DNA of 53,268 bases from Circinaria calcarea. Taxonomy: Eukaryota. Made by a program: the position numbers and the translations under genes. Of the stretch, positions 23,486-36,200 are shown piece after piece (position 1 is the first letter of the stretch; every line of letters starts with the position of its first letter). The notes under the pieces were generated by a model. That model was not told the DNA's origin and did not search any database. It worked only from the letters and a program-made list of their open reading frames with translations. The DNA lies in NCBI GenBank assembly GCA_051942165.1, contig JAVECS010000007.1:1-53268 (forward strand), given 5' to 3'.

Positions 23486-25888
23486 ATGAACGCTCAAAGT
23501 GTTTTGCCCTCTGGACGTACGAAAGGTACTATTCCATCAGCTTCTACCTCAGGGAATCCCAATTTGATCCCATCCTCATCCCCGGCTTTTAGTACACCAG
23601 TCCACCCGACCCGACTTCAAAAACCGCCTGTACAATCAACAAACCCTACTGTACTACCAATCTTACTTCCGCCCGCCACCCTCCGGCCGCTGGCTTTTCG
23701 GACATTCACAAAGAAGCACAGTCTTACTCTCACATCTGCTGCCCTCCAAGCTCTTGCAACATTTATTGGAAGACACTGTGGCTCGGGATGGCGGGAGGAT
23801 GGTCTGGCCGAGAAGGTTCTAGAGGAGACAGCAAAGGCATGGAAGAGAGACGGCGGCGGCGTCATCGTCGCAGCTGACGGTAATCTATTCAAGGATATAC
23901 TAAAGGACCTGGAAGGCTCCATGATCGGGGGAAGATTGGTGCAGCAGAATAGTGTAAGCCGCCAGGGTAGCCTTGTTTCCCGAGCAGAAACTGGAACAGA
24001 GCCACCTGACGGACTCAATGAGCGGCCGGGTGGTCCGGGTAGGGAGGATAGTCAGACAAGCCTGGGGCTTTCGGCTCTAGATGTGGACGATAACGAAAAT
24101 GACGACGACCAGGAAAGGGACCCAAGACAATGGATGAAAATCGTTGGAGCTTTTGAGCAGCCACGCCTAGTATACAATGCGAGTCAAAAGCATTTTGAAA
24201 AAGCAGCGACAGCCCCGTCCCTTCTACCAGATCCCTTGCACAAAACTACTCTCTTCCGCCACCGGTATAATGTTATACATCAAAGGTTATTACGGAATGA
24301 GTCCTTCCAAATACCTACAATCACGCACTCTCGGGTACAACCTTCGTCGTCGACCATTACAACGACACAACAAGCATACAAGCTTACCCCGATTGCCAAT
24401 CTCCTTGGTCGGAGTGGCAGTAACCATCTCCTCCTTGGCATACTGACAATCTCTCCTACCGGCATGTCAGCTTTAAGTGACTTGACTGGTAGCATTGCAC
24501 TCGAACTCCGACATGCCAGGCCGGTCCCAGAAGATGGAGCATGGTTCACGCCGGGAATGATTGTTCTTGTAGATGGAGTCTATGAGGAAGAAGGGTCTAT
24601 AGCTGGTACTGTCCTTGGAGGAGGTGGTGGTGTAGGTGGTACTATAGGTGGCAAATTCGTTGCCTTGTCGGTGGGAGGTCCGCCTTGCGAGCGACGCGAA
24701 GTTACCTTAGGCGTTGGCGGCCCAACTAAATCGGAGGAATTGATCGCCGGAGGTGGCTTTGGTTGGGTAGACTTCCTGGGCGTTGGGAGCGAGAGAGCGA
24801 TTGGCTCAAGAATGAGGAGATTGGAGAGGGCTATCCTAAGACAGAAGCCAACGGAGAGAACCGCTGTATCGAGAGGTAGAATAGCGATTTTGGGAGAAGT
24901 TAATTTGGATAATGCAAAAACGATACAGGCCCTCAAAAAAATACTAGCAACCTATGCTGCTGATTCAATGGAGGAGCTACCATTTACTTTCATGCTGATC
25001 GGCAATTTTGTCAAGCATGCCGTTATGGCAGGCAGTGGCAGTGGTGGCAGCATTGAGTATAAAGAATATTTCGACTCTCTTGCTTCTGTACTATCTGAGC
25101 ATCCAAGAATCCTTCAAGCGACTACTTTTGTCTTTGTGCCTGGGGATAATGATCCATGGCCATCGGCCTTTTCTGCAGGAGCGGCTACAGCACTTCCTCG
25201 GAAAGGGATACCAGAGCTGTTTACTTCTAGGGTTAAAAGAGCTTTTGCAACTGCGAACACAGAATCTGAGGCAGCAGCAGGTACGAAAAGGAATGGCGAA
25301 GCTATTTGGACCACTAACCCGGCCCGAGTCTCTCTTTTCGGACCTGTCCAAGAGATTGTGATTTTCAGGGATGATTTATCTGGCAGACTTCGCCGGAGCG
25401 CTCTGAGCTTCCACTCCACCACCGGAGCTGCTCTCGACGAAGTCCAAGAAATGTCAAATTCACACCAAGGCACCCCCTCGGAAGAGCGTTATGAAGGTGA
25501 ACTTATGGACGTTGACAACGCAGTAAAAGACGCCGAGTCACATATCCCGGCGCCTAAGGGCAGAGAACCCGTAGCCTCCCAATCGTCCCCTGATATACAA
25601 ACTGCCCGGAGGCTCGTGAAGACAATCCTCGATCAGGGGTACCTCTCTCCGTTTCCACTATCTCGTCGTCCCGTACTTTGGGATTTCGCAGGCTCCTTGC
25701 AACTCTACCCTTTGCCGACTGCACTAGTGCTGGTCGACCCAGACGTACCCCATTTTACTGTCACTTACGAGGGCTGTCATGTCATGAATCCTGGGCGACT
25801 TGTCGCTGACGGGAGAAAAGGATTGGCAAGATGGATTGAATATGACGCGGCATCAAGGCGAGGAAAAGTACGAGAAGTGACATTTTGA
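23486..25888 (+). CDS. DPB2: DNA polymerase epsilon subunit B (intronless)
   Basis: LPPATLRPLAFRTFTKKH-x-L; QRLLRNESF; DLTGSIAL; FTPGMIVLVDG; FVPGDNDPW; TNPARVS; RLVKTILDQG-x-LSPF; LYPLPTALVL; GCHVMNPG. Confidence 0.96.
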   Translation: MNAQSVLPSGRTKGTIPSASTSGNPNLIPSSSPAFSTPVHPTRLQKPPVQSTNPTVLPILLPPATLRPLAFRTFTKKHSLTLTSAALQALATFIGRHCGSGWREDGLAEKVLEETAKAWKRDGGGVIVAADGNLFKDILKDLEGSMIGGRLVQQNSVSRQGSLVSRAETGTEPPDGLNERPGGPGREDSQTSLGLSALDVDDNENDDDQERDPRQWMKIVGAFEQPRLVYNASQKHFEKAATAPSLLPDPLHKTTLFRHRYNVIHQRLLRNESFQIPTITHSRVQPSSSTITTTQQAYKLTPIANLLGRSGSNHLLLGILTISPTGMSALSDLTGSIALELRHARPVPEDGAWFTPGMIVLVDGVYEEEGSIAGTVLGGGGGVGGTIGGKFVALSVGGPPCERREVTLGVGGPTKSEELIAGGGFGWVDFLGVGSERAIGSRMRRLERAILRQKPTERTAVSRGRIAILGEVNLDNAKTIQALKKILATYAADSMEELPFTFMLIGNFVKHAVMAGSGSGGSIEYKEYFDSLASVLSEHPRILQATTFVFVPGDNDPWPSAFSAGAATALPRKGIPELFTSRVKRAFATANTESEAAAGTKRNGEAIWTTNPARVSLFGPVQEIVIFRDDLSGRLRRSALSFHSTTGAALDEVQEMSNSHQGTPSEERYEGELMDVDNAVKDAESHIPAPKGREPVASQSSPDIQTARRLVKTILDQGYLSPFPLSRRPVLWDFAGSLQLYPLPTALVLVDPDVPHFTVTYEGCHVMNPGRLVADGRKGLARWIEYDAASRRGKVREVTF

Positions 25889-27438
25889 ATTGGATGGTTG
25901 AATCACGTTACAGCGTCTGACATTCAGCTTTATCTACATTCCTAATCAGAGTCGGATGATCGGAGAATATCCAAAGCACTATAGGTATGATTGAGTCTCG
26001 AGAATAAAAACAACCCGTGCTTATCATGGGTTAGAAGCACCCACTGCGAGGGGTAACTTCTGCACAAGCGGCGTGAAAGCAGCGATCTCATGATTCTGTT
26101 GGCCCCTGTAATGAGGAATTTGGTAACTTTCACACTGCCGTCGAAAAAAAAGCCGCAGAAAGGATGTTCTACCGCTCCTCAATCTAAACAAAAGAAGCTG
26201 AATACAAAAGATACTTGGTTTAGTGAGGCCTCACGGTACCATGTCGATCAGGATGGAAGAGTGACGCACCGATACGGGTTGAGATGAAAGGGACATGGGA
26301 TAGGATGGAGATGGAAACAAAGGCTCCTCGACATCCCGATGAGCGGCCACGGCCCTGATCGAGGTTCGCGGATATGGTTATATATGCAGAAGCAAGCTTA
26401 TGTGGGCCTTTTTTCGACGTGGTAATGTGAAGAAAGTGAGGGAGCCTGCAGAGGAATTTGTGTTCCGCGGACCCATGGCTTACCGTTATCAAAGACATAT
26501 TACAGGAGGGATACTTGAAAGTGTCCAGGGACGGACTGAGAGGAACATGTTCTACTCCCATGTAGTGACGGTCGAGTCTATGATGGTGGTTAAGAGGAAG
26601 TCAATGGCGCATGGAGGAGATCCATTGTACTTGGGTAGCGGGACCCGCTACTTTCCAGTCGCTGTGGGTTCACAGTCCTGGACAATGAGAAGACGGCTTC
26701 GATACCCGTCCGGCAGCCAATGATCTTTTGGGAGATTTGTAGGCAAACAACGATGGGGACGTAGAATGCGTACCTAAGGTAGTTTCTGGCTCCCGCTCCG
26801 CCACCTGTGATGCGAGGCCAGGCAATGGTACGCAGTACAGATGATGAATCCACTCTTCTCTTTTTGCTGCACCGATTCGCCCCAAGCAAAATCTATTTCT
26901 GGCCACCGGACCCTTGCCAAGTCTAGGCTAAGCCTAAAGCGCGCGCTTCCTCAACCCCCTGCCTCGACTTTCCCCGTAGACGACCGGCCTCGATTTCTAC
27001 CTCCTCCGCCCTCTCTGCATCTGCGCAGTCTCGTATTCCAATAATAATGCCGTGCTTCAGCTTCATCCTGGACGCCGAGGCTTGATCCATCTTTCCATCG
27101 CCCTGTCGTTTCTCTTACGCTAACTATCATTACTTCTTCCTTCCTTTGTTCCTGTCCAGGTTGAGCCTGAGTCTGTTCTTATTCCAACACACATTCCGCT
27201 TACTTTGCAACGGCCCCTCCCAGTCTTGAGATTCTCACAGTCACGACAGTCACGACGGTCACTGACATCACCTCCGTTGTTCCAAACAGACTCGGATAGG
27301 CTTAGGGAAACGCCAACCAAAGATTCCACTGCTGGGTCGCTATACCCCGAGACCACTCATCTGGGATCGACGTATCGATCCATCGGGGGAAGATCTATCG
27401 TGGGTCCTGGATCTGTCCGACGTTCTTTGCTCCTGAAG

Positions 27439-29852
27439 ATGGGGACGTGGCGAGTCCGTGGAAGATATGCGGCACTCTTCCTACTTGGGAATCTGGCGAG
27501 GGCCGTCCTGGCCAACGATATCTTGTCGTCGTCAGGCTTCACGAGTTGTCTGGATAACTCGACTCTCACCGTCAACCGTGCCGATGTGCAGTTTGATCGA
27601 TCATCCGGCACGGTCAATTTTGACGTGTCTGGTTCAAGCTCAAAAGAACAGAAGGTGACGGCGTCGTTAGTTGTGACCGCATACGGGAAGCAGGTTTACC
27701 AGAAGGACTTTGATCCCTGCGATGAAGACTCTAAAGTAGACCAATTATGTCCCGGTAGGAGTTCTTCACTCCCGACCATACTCCACAGCTAACCATATCC
27801 CACTCAGTACCCGCTGGAAACTTTGCAGCCCAAGGTTCGCAAAAGATTCCTGCAAGTTATGCGAGTCAGATTCCATCCATCGCATTTTCCATTCCTGATC
27901 TGGAGGGTGCCGCTACAATCAAGTTAAAGGCTGCGGAGAGTGGGGAGAACATAGCATGTATACAGTCGGGGGTGACGAATGGGAAAAGTTTGGAATTACC
28001 TGCGGTATCCTATGTAGCTGTAGGGATTGCCGGTGCTGCCCTAGCACTTACAGCTTTGTCGGCCTTGGGAAGTGCAGGGGCCGTCGGAGGCCACACGCCC
28101 ACACCCAGCTTTAGCACTGTCATTGGCTGGTTTCAATCTATGGCCATGAACGGCATGTTAAGTGTCAATTACCCTCCGATTTATCGAAGCTTTACGAAGA
28201 ACTTTGCGTTCTCTGGAGGTCTCATCCCTTGGAACTCCATGCAAACTTCAATCGATAGTTTCCGAAATTCAACCGGAGGAAATTTAACAACAGATAGCGT
28301 TCAATATCTGCAAAATGCGTCTCTGGTTTTCACGGACGGATCTTCGAACAACTCGACCATCATAGCAAAGCGGAGTTTCGCTTATCAATTCAACCATGCT
28401 ATCTTGTACGTTCGACAAATTTCAACCACTGTCAATGGCACCCAGTCTGGCAGCGGCTCCGATACAGATACTAGTGCCAACAACAAGGTCACGCATATCG
28501 TGCATGGCATTCAGGGCTATGTGGAGCAGCTTACAATCCCTCAGGCCAACACGTTTATGACCGTTCTCCTTGTATTTGCAATCGTTATTGCGGCCATTAC
28601 CGTCGGCATCCTTCTCTTCAAGGTTATTCTTGAGACCTGGGCCTTCTTTGGGTCTTTTCCGAAGAAGCTAACGAGTTTTCGCAAACGGTATTGGCATATG
28701 CTAGCCAAAACTATTACTAACCTTATTCTTCTGCTGTACGGGGTCTGGACACTTTACTGCGTCTACCAGTTTACGAACGGGGATTCCTGGGCAGCAAAGC
28801 TTCTTGCGGGTCTCACCTTCGGAATTTTCACCACCGTGCTCGGGTATTTCACTTTCCGGATTTGGCAGGTTGCCCATAGGTATAAGAAGGCCGAAGGAGA
28901 CGCCTCGGCCTTGTATGAAAACAAGGACACGTGGATCAAGTATAGTCTATTTTATGATGCGTACAAGCGAGGATACTGGTGGCTTTTTATGCCAGCGATC
29001 GTTTATATGTTCGCAAAGGGTTGTGTCATCGCAACTGGTGACGGACATGGGCTAGCGCAAACCGCTGGCCAGCTCGTTATCGAATCTCTCATGCTACTGC
29101 TCTTACTCTGGAATCGGCCGTATGCAACGCTGGCTGGCAATTGGATCAATGTTATCATCCAGGCAGTCCGAGTTCTCTCAGTCATCTGCATCTTGGTCTT
29201 CGTGGTAAGTGCCTGATCATCCTAGACCAGAAGTTTCTATGACTTTTGCCGCCTATTTAGTCATGAGCTGATTATCATTCAGGAAAAACTCGGTATTGCG
29301 CAAACCACCAAGACCATTACCGGTGTAGTTCTCATCGCAGTGCAAACGTCGCTTACTGCTATTCTCGCAATCTTGATTGCTGTCAATGCAGTCATCACAT
29401 GCTGCAAGGAAAATCCGCATCGTAAGCGAAGAAAGGAAGCAGGTATGTCTGGCCTCGGTCAGGGCCTTTTGGTGATCGAGGCTGACAGGGACTTTTCAGA
29501 AAAACTCAATCGTGAATTTGACAATCTAACGCCGCTCGATGCTCGAAACTCTCTCCTGATTAATCTTGCAGACTACAAGGGTCCAGCACGGCCCGAGGAC
29601 GGGCATGCCATGGGTACTTACAAGGCGGGGAAACGTTATGAGCCGGTCCCGCCTTACAATGACCAAGCATCCAATTTTTCCCGTTGGGGTGCACGAGAGA
29701 GTTCGGAGAATCTTGTCGCCTCCGCTGCGAGTCCGGGTCAACGAGATCATCCGAGTACACGACGAGGAAGTGATGATAGCAGTCTAGAGCCACTGAGCAG
29801 CCGCCAGCCGACACTTCCTGATGTCGGATATGGGAGCAGGAGAGTGATTTGA
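27439..29852 (+). CDS. FLC/Pkd2-family TRP-like membrane protein (N-terminal ML-like domain plus TRP domain), 4 exons
   Basis: Signal peptide; VTAYGKQVYQKDFDPC..LCP-VP..IPSIAFSIPDLEG..ACI..NGKS; FQSMAMNGMLSVNYPPIYRSFTKNFAFS; multiple TM helices. Confidence 0.9.
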
Positions 29853-30817
29853 AGCAATTTTCCCGAGAAGGTTGATTCATTTGATTCTTGCCATGTTTAG
29901 CGAAGCCTGTGATTGTACCGGAGGGCCATCTGAGCGTATTTCTTCCGTTTATCCATCACATTTAATAGCTTATATGCCTCATGCCTCATGCATCACGTCG
30001 CCCGTCTTCCGTCCTCACCTCTACCGGTAGGGTATCTGTGTTCGAACTGTCAGCGGTACCGGATGACTAGAATCCCCGAAGCTCGGTTCAGGTCGCGTTT
30101 GCATGCGAAGACGCTCGCGAAAACAAGAGGACGAGTGTGCAGAGCCCAAATAAGATACTTTGTAGTCCTTCCGAGTGCCTCTAGCAGATCACCACCTGAG
30201 GATAGCGGAAGTGGGCCGAGCCAGTCCTGTCAACGCCATTGTGGGTACCCACAGTTCACTCTGTAGGGGCTGACATGTTTGACCGGCTGTAGAAAGAAAA
30301 TGAAGATCATTGTACCAATTGATCAAGTGCATCCCTGACACCCGTCCGTTTCCAGGTACAGGACAGGGGCCGGACAAAAAGCCGGACATTGGCCGAAACT
30401 CTAAAAGGGTTGATCGACCACGAGCTTGCGATAAGCTTACCCGAAAATAGATTTCGTGCAACCGGATTCTCGACGGCAAGAAATTATCACTTCTCCCTCT
30501 CCTCTTTCCATTTCCCAACCTGCCTTTCTTTCCTCCCCTTCGCTCGCTCGTACATATAATAAGCACATATACTATCCAGATGTACATTGTTCATAGTACT
30601 ACTAATATCTGTCGTTAAAGTACTCGTTCATATATCGTCAGAATCTGTCGCCGAGTCCTTCGCTTGGATCCAATTGTTTCCTGCTTCTTTGCCAGACGTA
30701 TCAATATCCCGGCTGCAGAACCGTGTCCTGTCGCTTTCTATCACACAACGTCACCTCCGCGCGAAAAGCCTTTCCACCGCCCTCATCTGCCACGAGGTAG
30801 CTACGAGTCCAGACAGC

Positions 30818-31783
30818 ATGTGGTTAATCGCAGCCGTATCCACCCTGGCACTCTTCCCGATCATTCACTGCCAAGTTTCTACCTCCCCCAAACGGGGCCT
30901 CGTTCATGTCCCGTCAAAAAAGTACCCATCGGACGACCAGATCTGGATCTCTCCCACTTCGGATTTGACCTGGTACTACAATTATCGTGCCACCCCATCA
31001 CCCGCATACGCAAAATCCAGCAAGCTCGAATTCGTTCCCATGCTGTGGGGGTCCCAGTCCGACAACAGCTTTCTGAATGCCGTCCAGCAGCAGATATCGG
31101 ACGGAGCTAACATATCCCACGTTCTGGCCTTCAACGAGCCGGACGGTGCAGCCGGTGGTGGGAGCAACGTTGCGCCGGCGCTCGCAGCTCAAATATGGAT
31201 CCGGGAGATCGAGCCGTTGAAGCAGAAAGGTGTCAAGCTTGGAGGCCCCGGCGTCACGGGCGCTCCCGGGGGTTTCACATGGCTCGAGAGCTTCTTCACG
31301 GCTTGCAACGGCAACTGCAGTGTGGATTTCATCCCGGTGCATTGGTACGGCAATTTTGAGGGGTTGGCCAGTCACGTCGGACACGTTCGTGCCACGTATC
31401 CGAACATGACGATTTGGGTCACCGAGTATGCGTATCCAGGGACGAGTATAGCAGATGCACAGAATTTTTACAATCAGAGTTCGCAGTTTTTTGATCGGAC
31501 TGAGTGCGGCTTGTCTAGTCTTTCAGTCAGTTGTACTCTCACTGATGACCATCATAGTTATGTCACGCGTTACTCGTACTTCGGTTCCTTCCGGAGCGAC
31601 GTATCAAATGTCGGGCCCACGGCGGCGATGCTCACGCAAGATGGGAAGCTCACCAACATCGGCAGCTGGTATCTCGGCGGAAGTGAGACCAAGAACGTCC
31701 CCAAGGGCTCGGCCGGACGCAGTGCCGCGTTTGCAGGCTCGAGCTTACTGGTCTTGTTAGCGGTTTTCTGGTGCTCGGCGTAG
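30818..31783 (+). CDS. Secreted, probably GPI-anchored GH128 beta-1,3-glucanase (Glyco_hydro_cc / Asl1-like); intron 31504-31557
   Basis: Signal peptide, KRGL, WYYNY, EFVPMLWG, catalytic AFNEPD, DFIPVHWY, WVTEY, RYSYFG and a hydrophobic C-terminus. Confidence 0.9.
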   Translation: MWLIAAVSTLALFPIIHCQVSTSPKRGLVHVPSKKYPSDDQIWISPTSDLTWYYNYRATPSPAYAKSSKLEFVPMLWGSQSDNSFLNAVQQQISDGANISHVLAFNEPDGAAGGGSNVAPALAAQIWIREIEPLKQKGVKLGGPGVTGAPGGFTWLESFFTACNGNCSVDFIPVHWYGNFEGLASHVGHVRATYPNMTIWVTEYAYPGTSIADAQNFYNQSSQFFDRTECGLSSLSVSCTLTDDHHSYVTRYSYFGSFRSDVSNVGPTAAMLTQDGKLTNIGSWYLGGSETKNVPKGSAGRSAAFAGSSLLVLLAVFWCSA

Positions 31784-33280
31784 ACTTGGCCGCTGAAATG
31801 ATGGGATTCACTTTCGTGAATGACCGAGACCAGTGGAAAGGACGGTAACGGTGTATCGGGCGTTGGAATAAAACTTCTGGGGTAAGTATGGGTAAATATG
31901 GGTTATAATCAGCCTTCTTTACGGTCCACTGGGGAGAGGGCAGCAGGGTACACGCCGATAATTGGTGGTAAATCCGTTGTAAGTAGCTTCCTATAGAATT
32001 TAGACTTTGATCAATCAACGAAAATACGACGACTTCGAGACTGCCTCGGATGTCGACAGGTATGTTGAGATGGTTGTCTGGAAAATGTACTGTATTTTGC
32101 AACCACTGGGGGTACGTCACCTTGAGCGGAAAATCATCGGTACGGAGTACGCCCGTGGAGTAGCATGGCCAATCATTTGGTCCGAAAACAGGAGGAACCT
32201 CCCACACTCTTCCATATATTTTTATTCTTTTATCGCTTAGCCATACGATTTGGGCTCTATCATATCTCGTAGACGCGAAGCCGGTAAAGTAGTATTTTAA
32301 TCCATCTTTGTGTTTCACATTGCACCGCGGCATCAGAGATCGATATCAATCTTGTCGGGCCTTGGCCCATGCCACTTGAACCTGAAATTCATTGGTACGA
32401 ATCGAAGTCTGACCGGGATTTAGCTACTGAGTGAGCAAGGTGGAGGGATTTTCAACAGCGCCTGAGCTGTGGGGGACGAGGAGGATAACGGCAAGGGCGT
32501 GTAGATTGACAGCGGGTGCCCTGATGTTGGTCGTTTGGGTTTCATGAACCGAGCGTGGTGCTTTAGGATCTACCTACCAAACCACAGACCGCAAGGTTCA
32601 AGTTGCTTCCACGATAAATGAGCAGTGGCATTTACTGATACCGATAATCGAGAAAGCAGAGTCCATGGAATGCCTCGCCTTGTCCGATGTGTGCATGGCA
32701 AGAGGACCAAGATCCATTGATTTCCCAAGACTACACCTGGCTTCTTCCGAAGCTGCTCGTCTGACGGCATTCATTCTGGCCTGTTACGAATACTCTACTT
32801 CTCCGTAGATGGTATGGAATACCTTTGGGGCGTATCGTAAGTGATATGATGACGGATCAATGGTGCAAAACAGCCCCTTGTTTTACAGTGCAAGGAGCAT
32901 TTTGCAGTAGCAATCCAAAAATTTCGGGTCAGAGAGACTCCTAGTGCGTCCAGAATCTTCCTGGCTATGATGTAGTTCCAGATCTTATATCTACTGTCAC
33001 GGGTCGGTTATTAGCAGATCACAGAGCTGATGCGCATGGAACATATTAAATCACAACTCCTAAAGTACAGTGTGTGAAGCGCTAACGCTACGACCGGCTC
33101 TGTATCCTCGATAGTGACGAGCGTGGAAAAAGGCTTCCGCGTCCTGATCGACCATGCCAACACTGGAACAAATAAAACTGCCCTGTAGAATCCGGTGACC
33201 AGCTGCGGTTCGGGTGCAAACGGGCGCGTTCAACGAAAGACAGGTCTCTAACGCAGGCTTTGATCGTAACATGCAGCGAA

Positions 33281-36200
33281 TCACTTCCTCGCGTAAGGAT
33301 GGAAGCCTCCTCGATGGACCCCGCCTCGACCTCCTCCACGATAGTTTGCACCGGGAACTCCAGCATTCTTCGGACCCGTGGGTGCGTTGGCGGGAGGGGC
33401 ACTTACCGGACCTGCTGGACCTTGGGAAGCCCGATTGTTCTGTTGTTGTCCGCCTTTGTTACCGCTACCAGTTGAACCTTGTGACGCCTGACGACCGAAT
33501 CCACCCTGCTGCATCCCGCGTCCACTAGGGCCCCCCATGTTAGGCTGTGGTACATCGTCATACATACCTTCCCACGACGTCGGACCGCCTTGCTGATATT
33601 GCTGCATCTGCTGCGCCTCCTGGGCAGCCCGTCGTGCCTGTTGTTGTTCGTATTTTTGCTGTTCAAATAGAAGCTGTTCTTGGGCATTGTAGCCAGGGGT
33701 TCCCCGACGTCCTCCGGCCCCTCCACCATTGCTGAAACCACCACCCATACCAGGACCCGACGGAGTAGGTGTGACAGCCATGGGAGTTCCATTCATGCCA
33801 ACAGGACCGAAGCCTGCGGGTCCTTGAGCTTGCTGCGACTGCATCTGCATCTGCTGAATCTGTTGCATTTGCTGCATGATTGCCGGGTTCATAGCTGGCA
33901 TACCTTGCGCACCAGGACTTTGCGGAAGTGGACTCTGTGAGCCTTGCTGGCGGCTCATCTGCTGCTGCATGGCCTGCATCTGTTTCATCTGCTGCATCTG
34001 TTGCATCTGCTGCATCATAAGCGGGTTCATACCAGCCATACCCATTGGTCCAGCTAATGCTCCTCCCTGTGCTGCTGCCATCTGTTGCTGCATCTGGGCA
34101 AAGTACTGCTGCATACGCTGCCAGTATTGTGCCATCATCTGTGGGGTCATACCGCCTCCATACATGCTCGCTGCTTGCGTCTGGCCCTGATTCTGGTTGT
34201 TGCTGTTGCTGTTCGTATTATTGTTATTGTCAAAGTTGCTCCGATCATTGTCGCGAAACCGGTCAGTCTCCTTGCCACCGCGACGCCCACCCCGCCGACT
34301 GGGTCCTTCGTCCTCCTCTCGCATGTTTCCGCGCGGTTGAGCTTTTTTAACCTCAATTGGTTTGCCCAAGATGGTAAGATCCCCTTGGAGCGTGGCATCG
34401 ACGGCGGACTCATTGTCGAAGGTGACGAAGCCAAAACCACGAGGTCTTCCAGTATCTTTGTCGATCATGAGAGTCGCATCCACTACTCTGCCATACTGCA
34501 TAAAGTATTCTTTGAAGTCCGCCTCGGTGGCATCTTGACTGACACCTCCTACGAATATTTTGCTTGTCCGCTCTTGTTCGTCTCGGGGAATGGCTCGTTT
34601 GGGATCGATCTTTTTCATGGGGGTAAACGTGAGCTGGTATCTTCAAGTTGGAGAGCATTGATCTTCTAGACAGGGCAGTGGCTAAAGTCGAACTGGTTGA
34701 ACTTACTATCTTGCCGTCAAGGTAATGCTCCTTGACCATCACAATATTAACCGTCCGTGCATCTTTGAACGTGAGAAAGCCGAAGCCACGTGACCGTCCT
34801 GTTGCCCCATCTCTCATAACAGTGCACTCATGCACCTCGCCGAATTGCGAGAAGTAATCCTTGAGCGATTCTATAACAAAGGTCGGATGTCAATAAATAA
34901 CTTTATCTGAGACAGGAACATGTCACGTGATAAGGGCCGACATACGGTCTGTTGTCTCCCAGTTGAGGCCACCGATGAACATTTTCCTAGAGGTCCCGTC
35001 CACTCGTTAGCCGTGAACACCATAGCTGTAAGGGGAAGCTCGTGAGAGATTCCAAAGAGTGAAAGAGAAGAAAGTTCAAAAGGAGAGAAGTCAGCAAAAT
35101 CCGAGAGTGAACTAAGCCCATCGCTCCGAACATGGCCTGCAGGCAGTCTCCAAGTAATCCATCCTCAGTGATCGTACAGGTTAGGCAGCGTCACTTTGAG
35201 ATATGGGGCCAATCAGGTCGGTCCTTGTGCTTGGGATAGTATCAAAACTGGGATCGGCATATCTCGCCTCGGGTCATGTCCCCGAGGACTATGCTCTATG
35301 GAGCCAGATGCGGCCAACACAGAGTCCATCTCCATACGCGACCAAACGCCGAGAGCATGGTGCACCCGGCACATGCAAATGTAGAGACTTATGTACGATC
35401 GATTGTTTCGTCTTTTGCTATAAAGTCGTACGCTAGGTATTGGTACTCGCATATCAGACCCCGTAGGTACCGAGTATGACGGCAAGACTACCTTCTGCTC
35501 TGCTCTATGAAGATGATATCGACAATAAGCTATGTAGTAGCAGTAGCTAAGGTCGCTTGTCCTGGTGGCTCACTTGGGTTCCCCCCAACACCGGTCCAGC
35601 TTCTCCTATGTAGTCATCTCGATGCAAGTTTGATACTGCACCTCAGCTCGCCTCAGTCGCTGCAGTAGACGAGTAATAATGTTCCGAGCACGGTTCATTT
35701 CCCAAGCGCTCACTCAGTCATCCCTTGTAATGAGTCCGAGAAACGTTACTACTTCTTCGTTTTGGCCCTGCCTTGCTGATCCTTCTCATCCACACCCACG
35801 TCCCAGTACACCCCAATTTGTGTCTTTTCTTACCAGCCTCTGATTGAGCGACAGTCCGTTGGTTTCCTGAGAATTTAAGGGTAGTGAGGAGAGAATATAT
35901 GCTCTCCGGCCAGAGTTCAACAGCGTAGCTCATAAACCAATTGCCATCAGGGCAAAGAGCAAAGAGCCTGGTACAAGTGTGTACTAGTCGACTCTCGGTC
36001 TCGGCGGCTGTGCAAGTTCCTGCATCCAGATTTTGATGATGAGGAAATATGACAGCTAGTGAAGACATTTCATGAGACAAGTACGCACTATTCACTTACC
36101 CATCTTCTTTAATTCCCGGCCCGTGAGGCTCTTGTTCAATTGCCATGTCGCCATAATCATTCACACCTCCACCGTTGGTCTGGCCAGTTTGCCATATCAG

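Noticed and set aside
26223..26234. Perfect 12-bp palindrome GTGAGGCCTCAC
   Set aside because: It occurs once, and such palindromes are expected by chance in 53 kb.
30587..30817. Non-ATG N-terminal extensions given in the ORF track for GH128 (also FLC 27205, DPB2 23465, Yippee 20410)
   Set aside because: Downstream ATGs give proper signal peptides or plausible N-termini, so the extensions look like 5' UTR.
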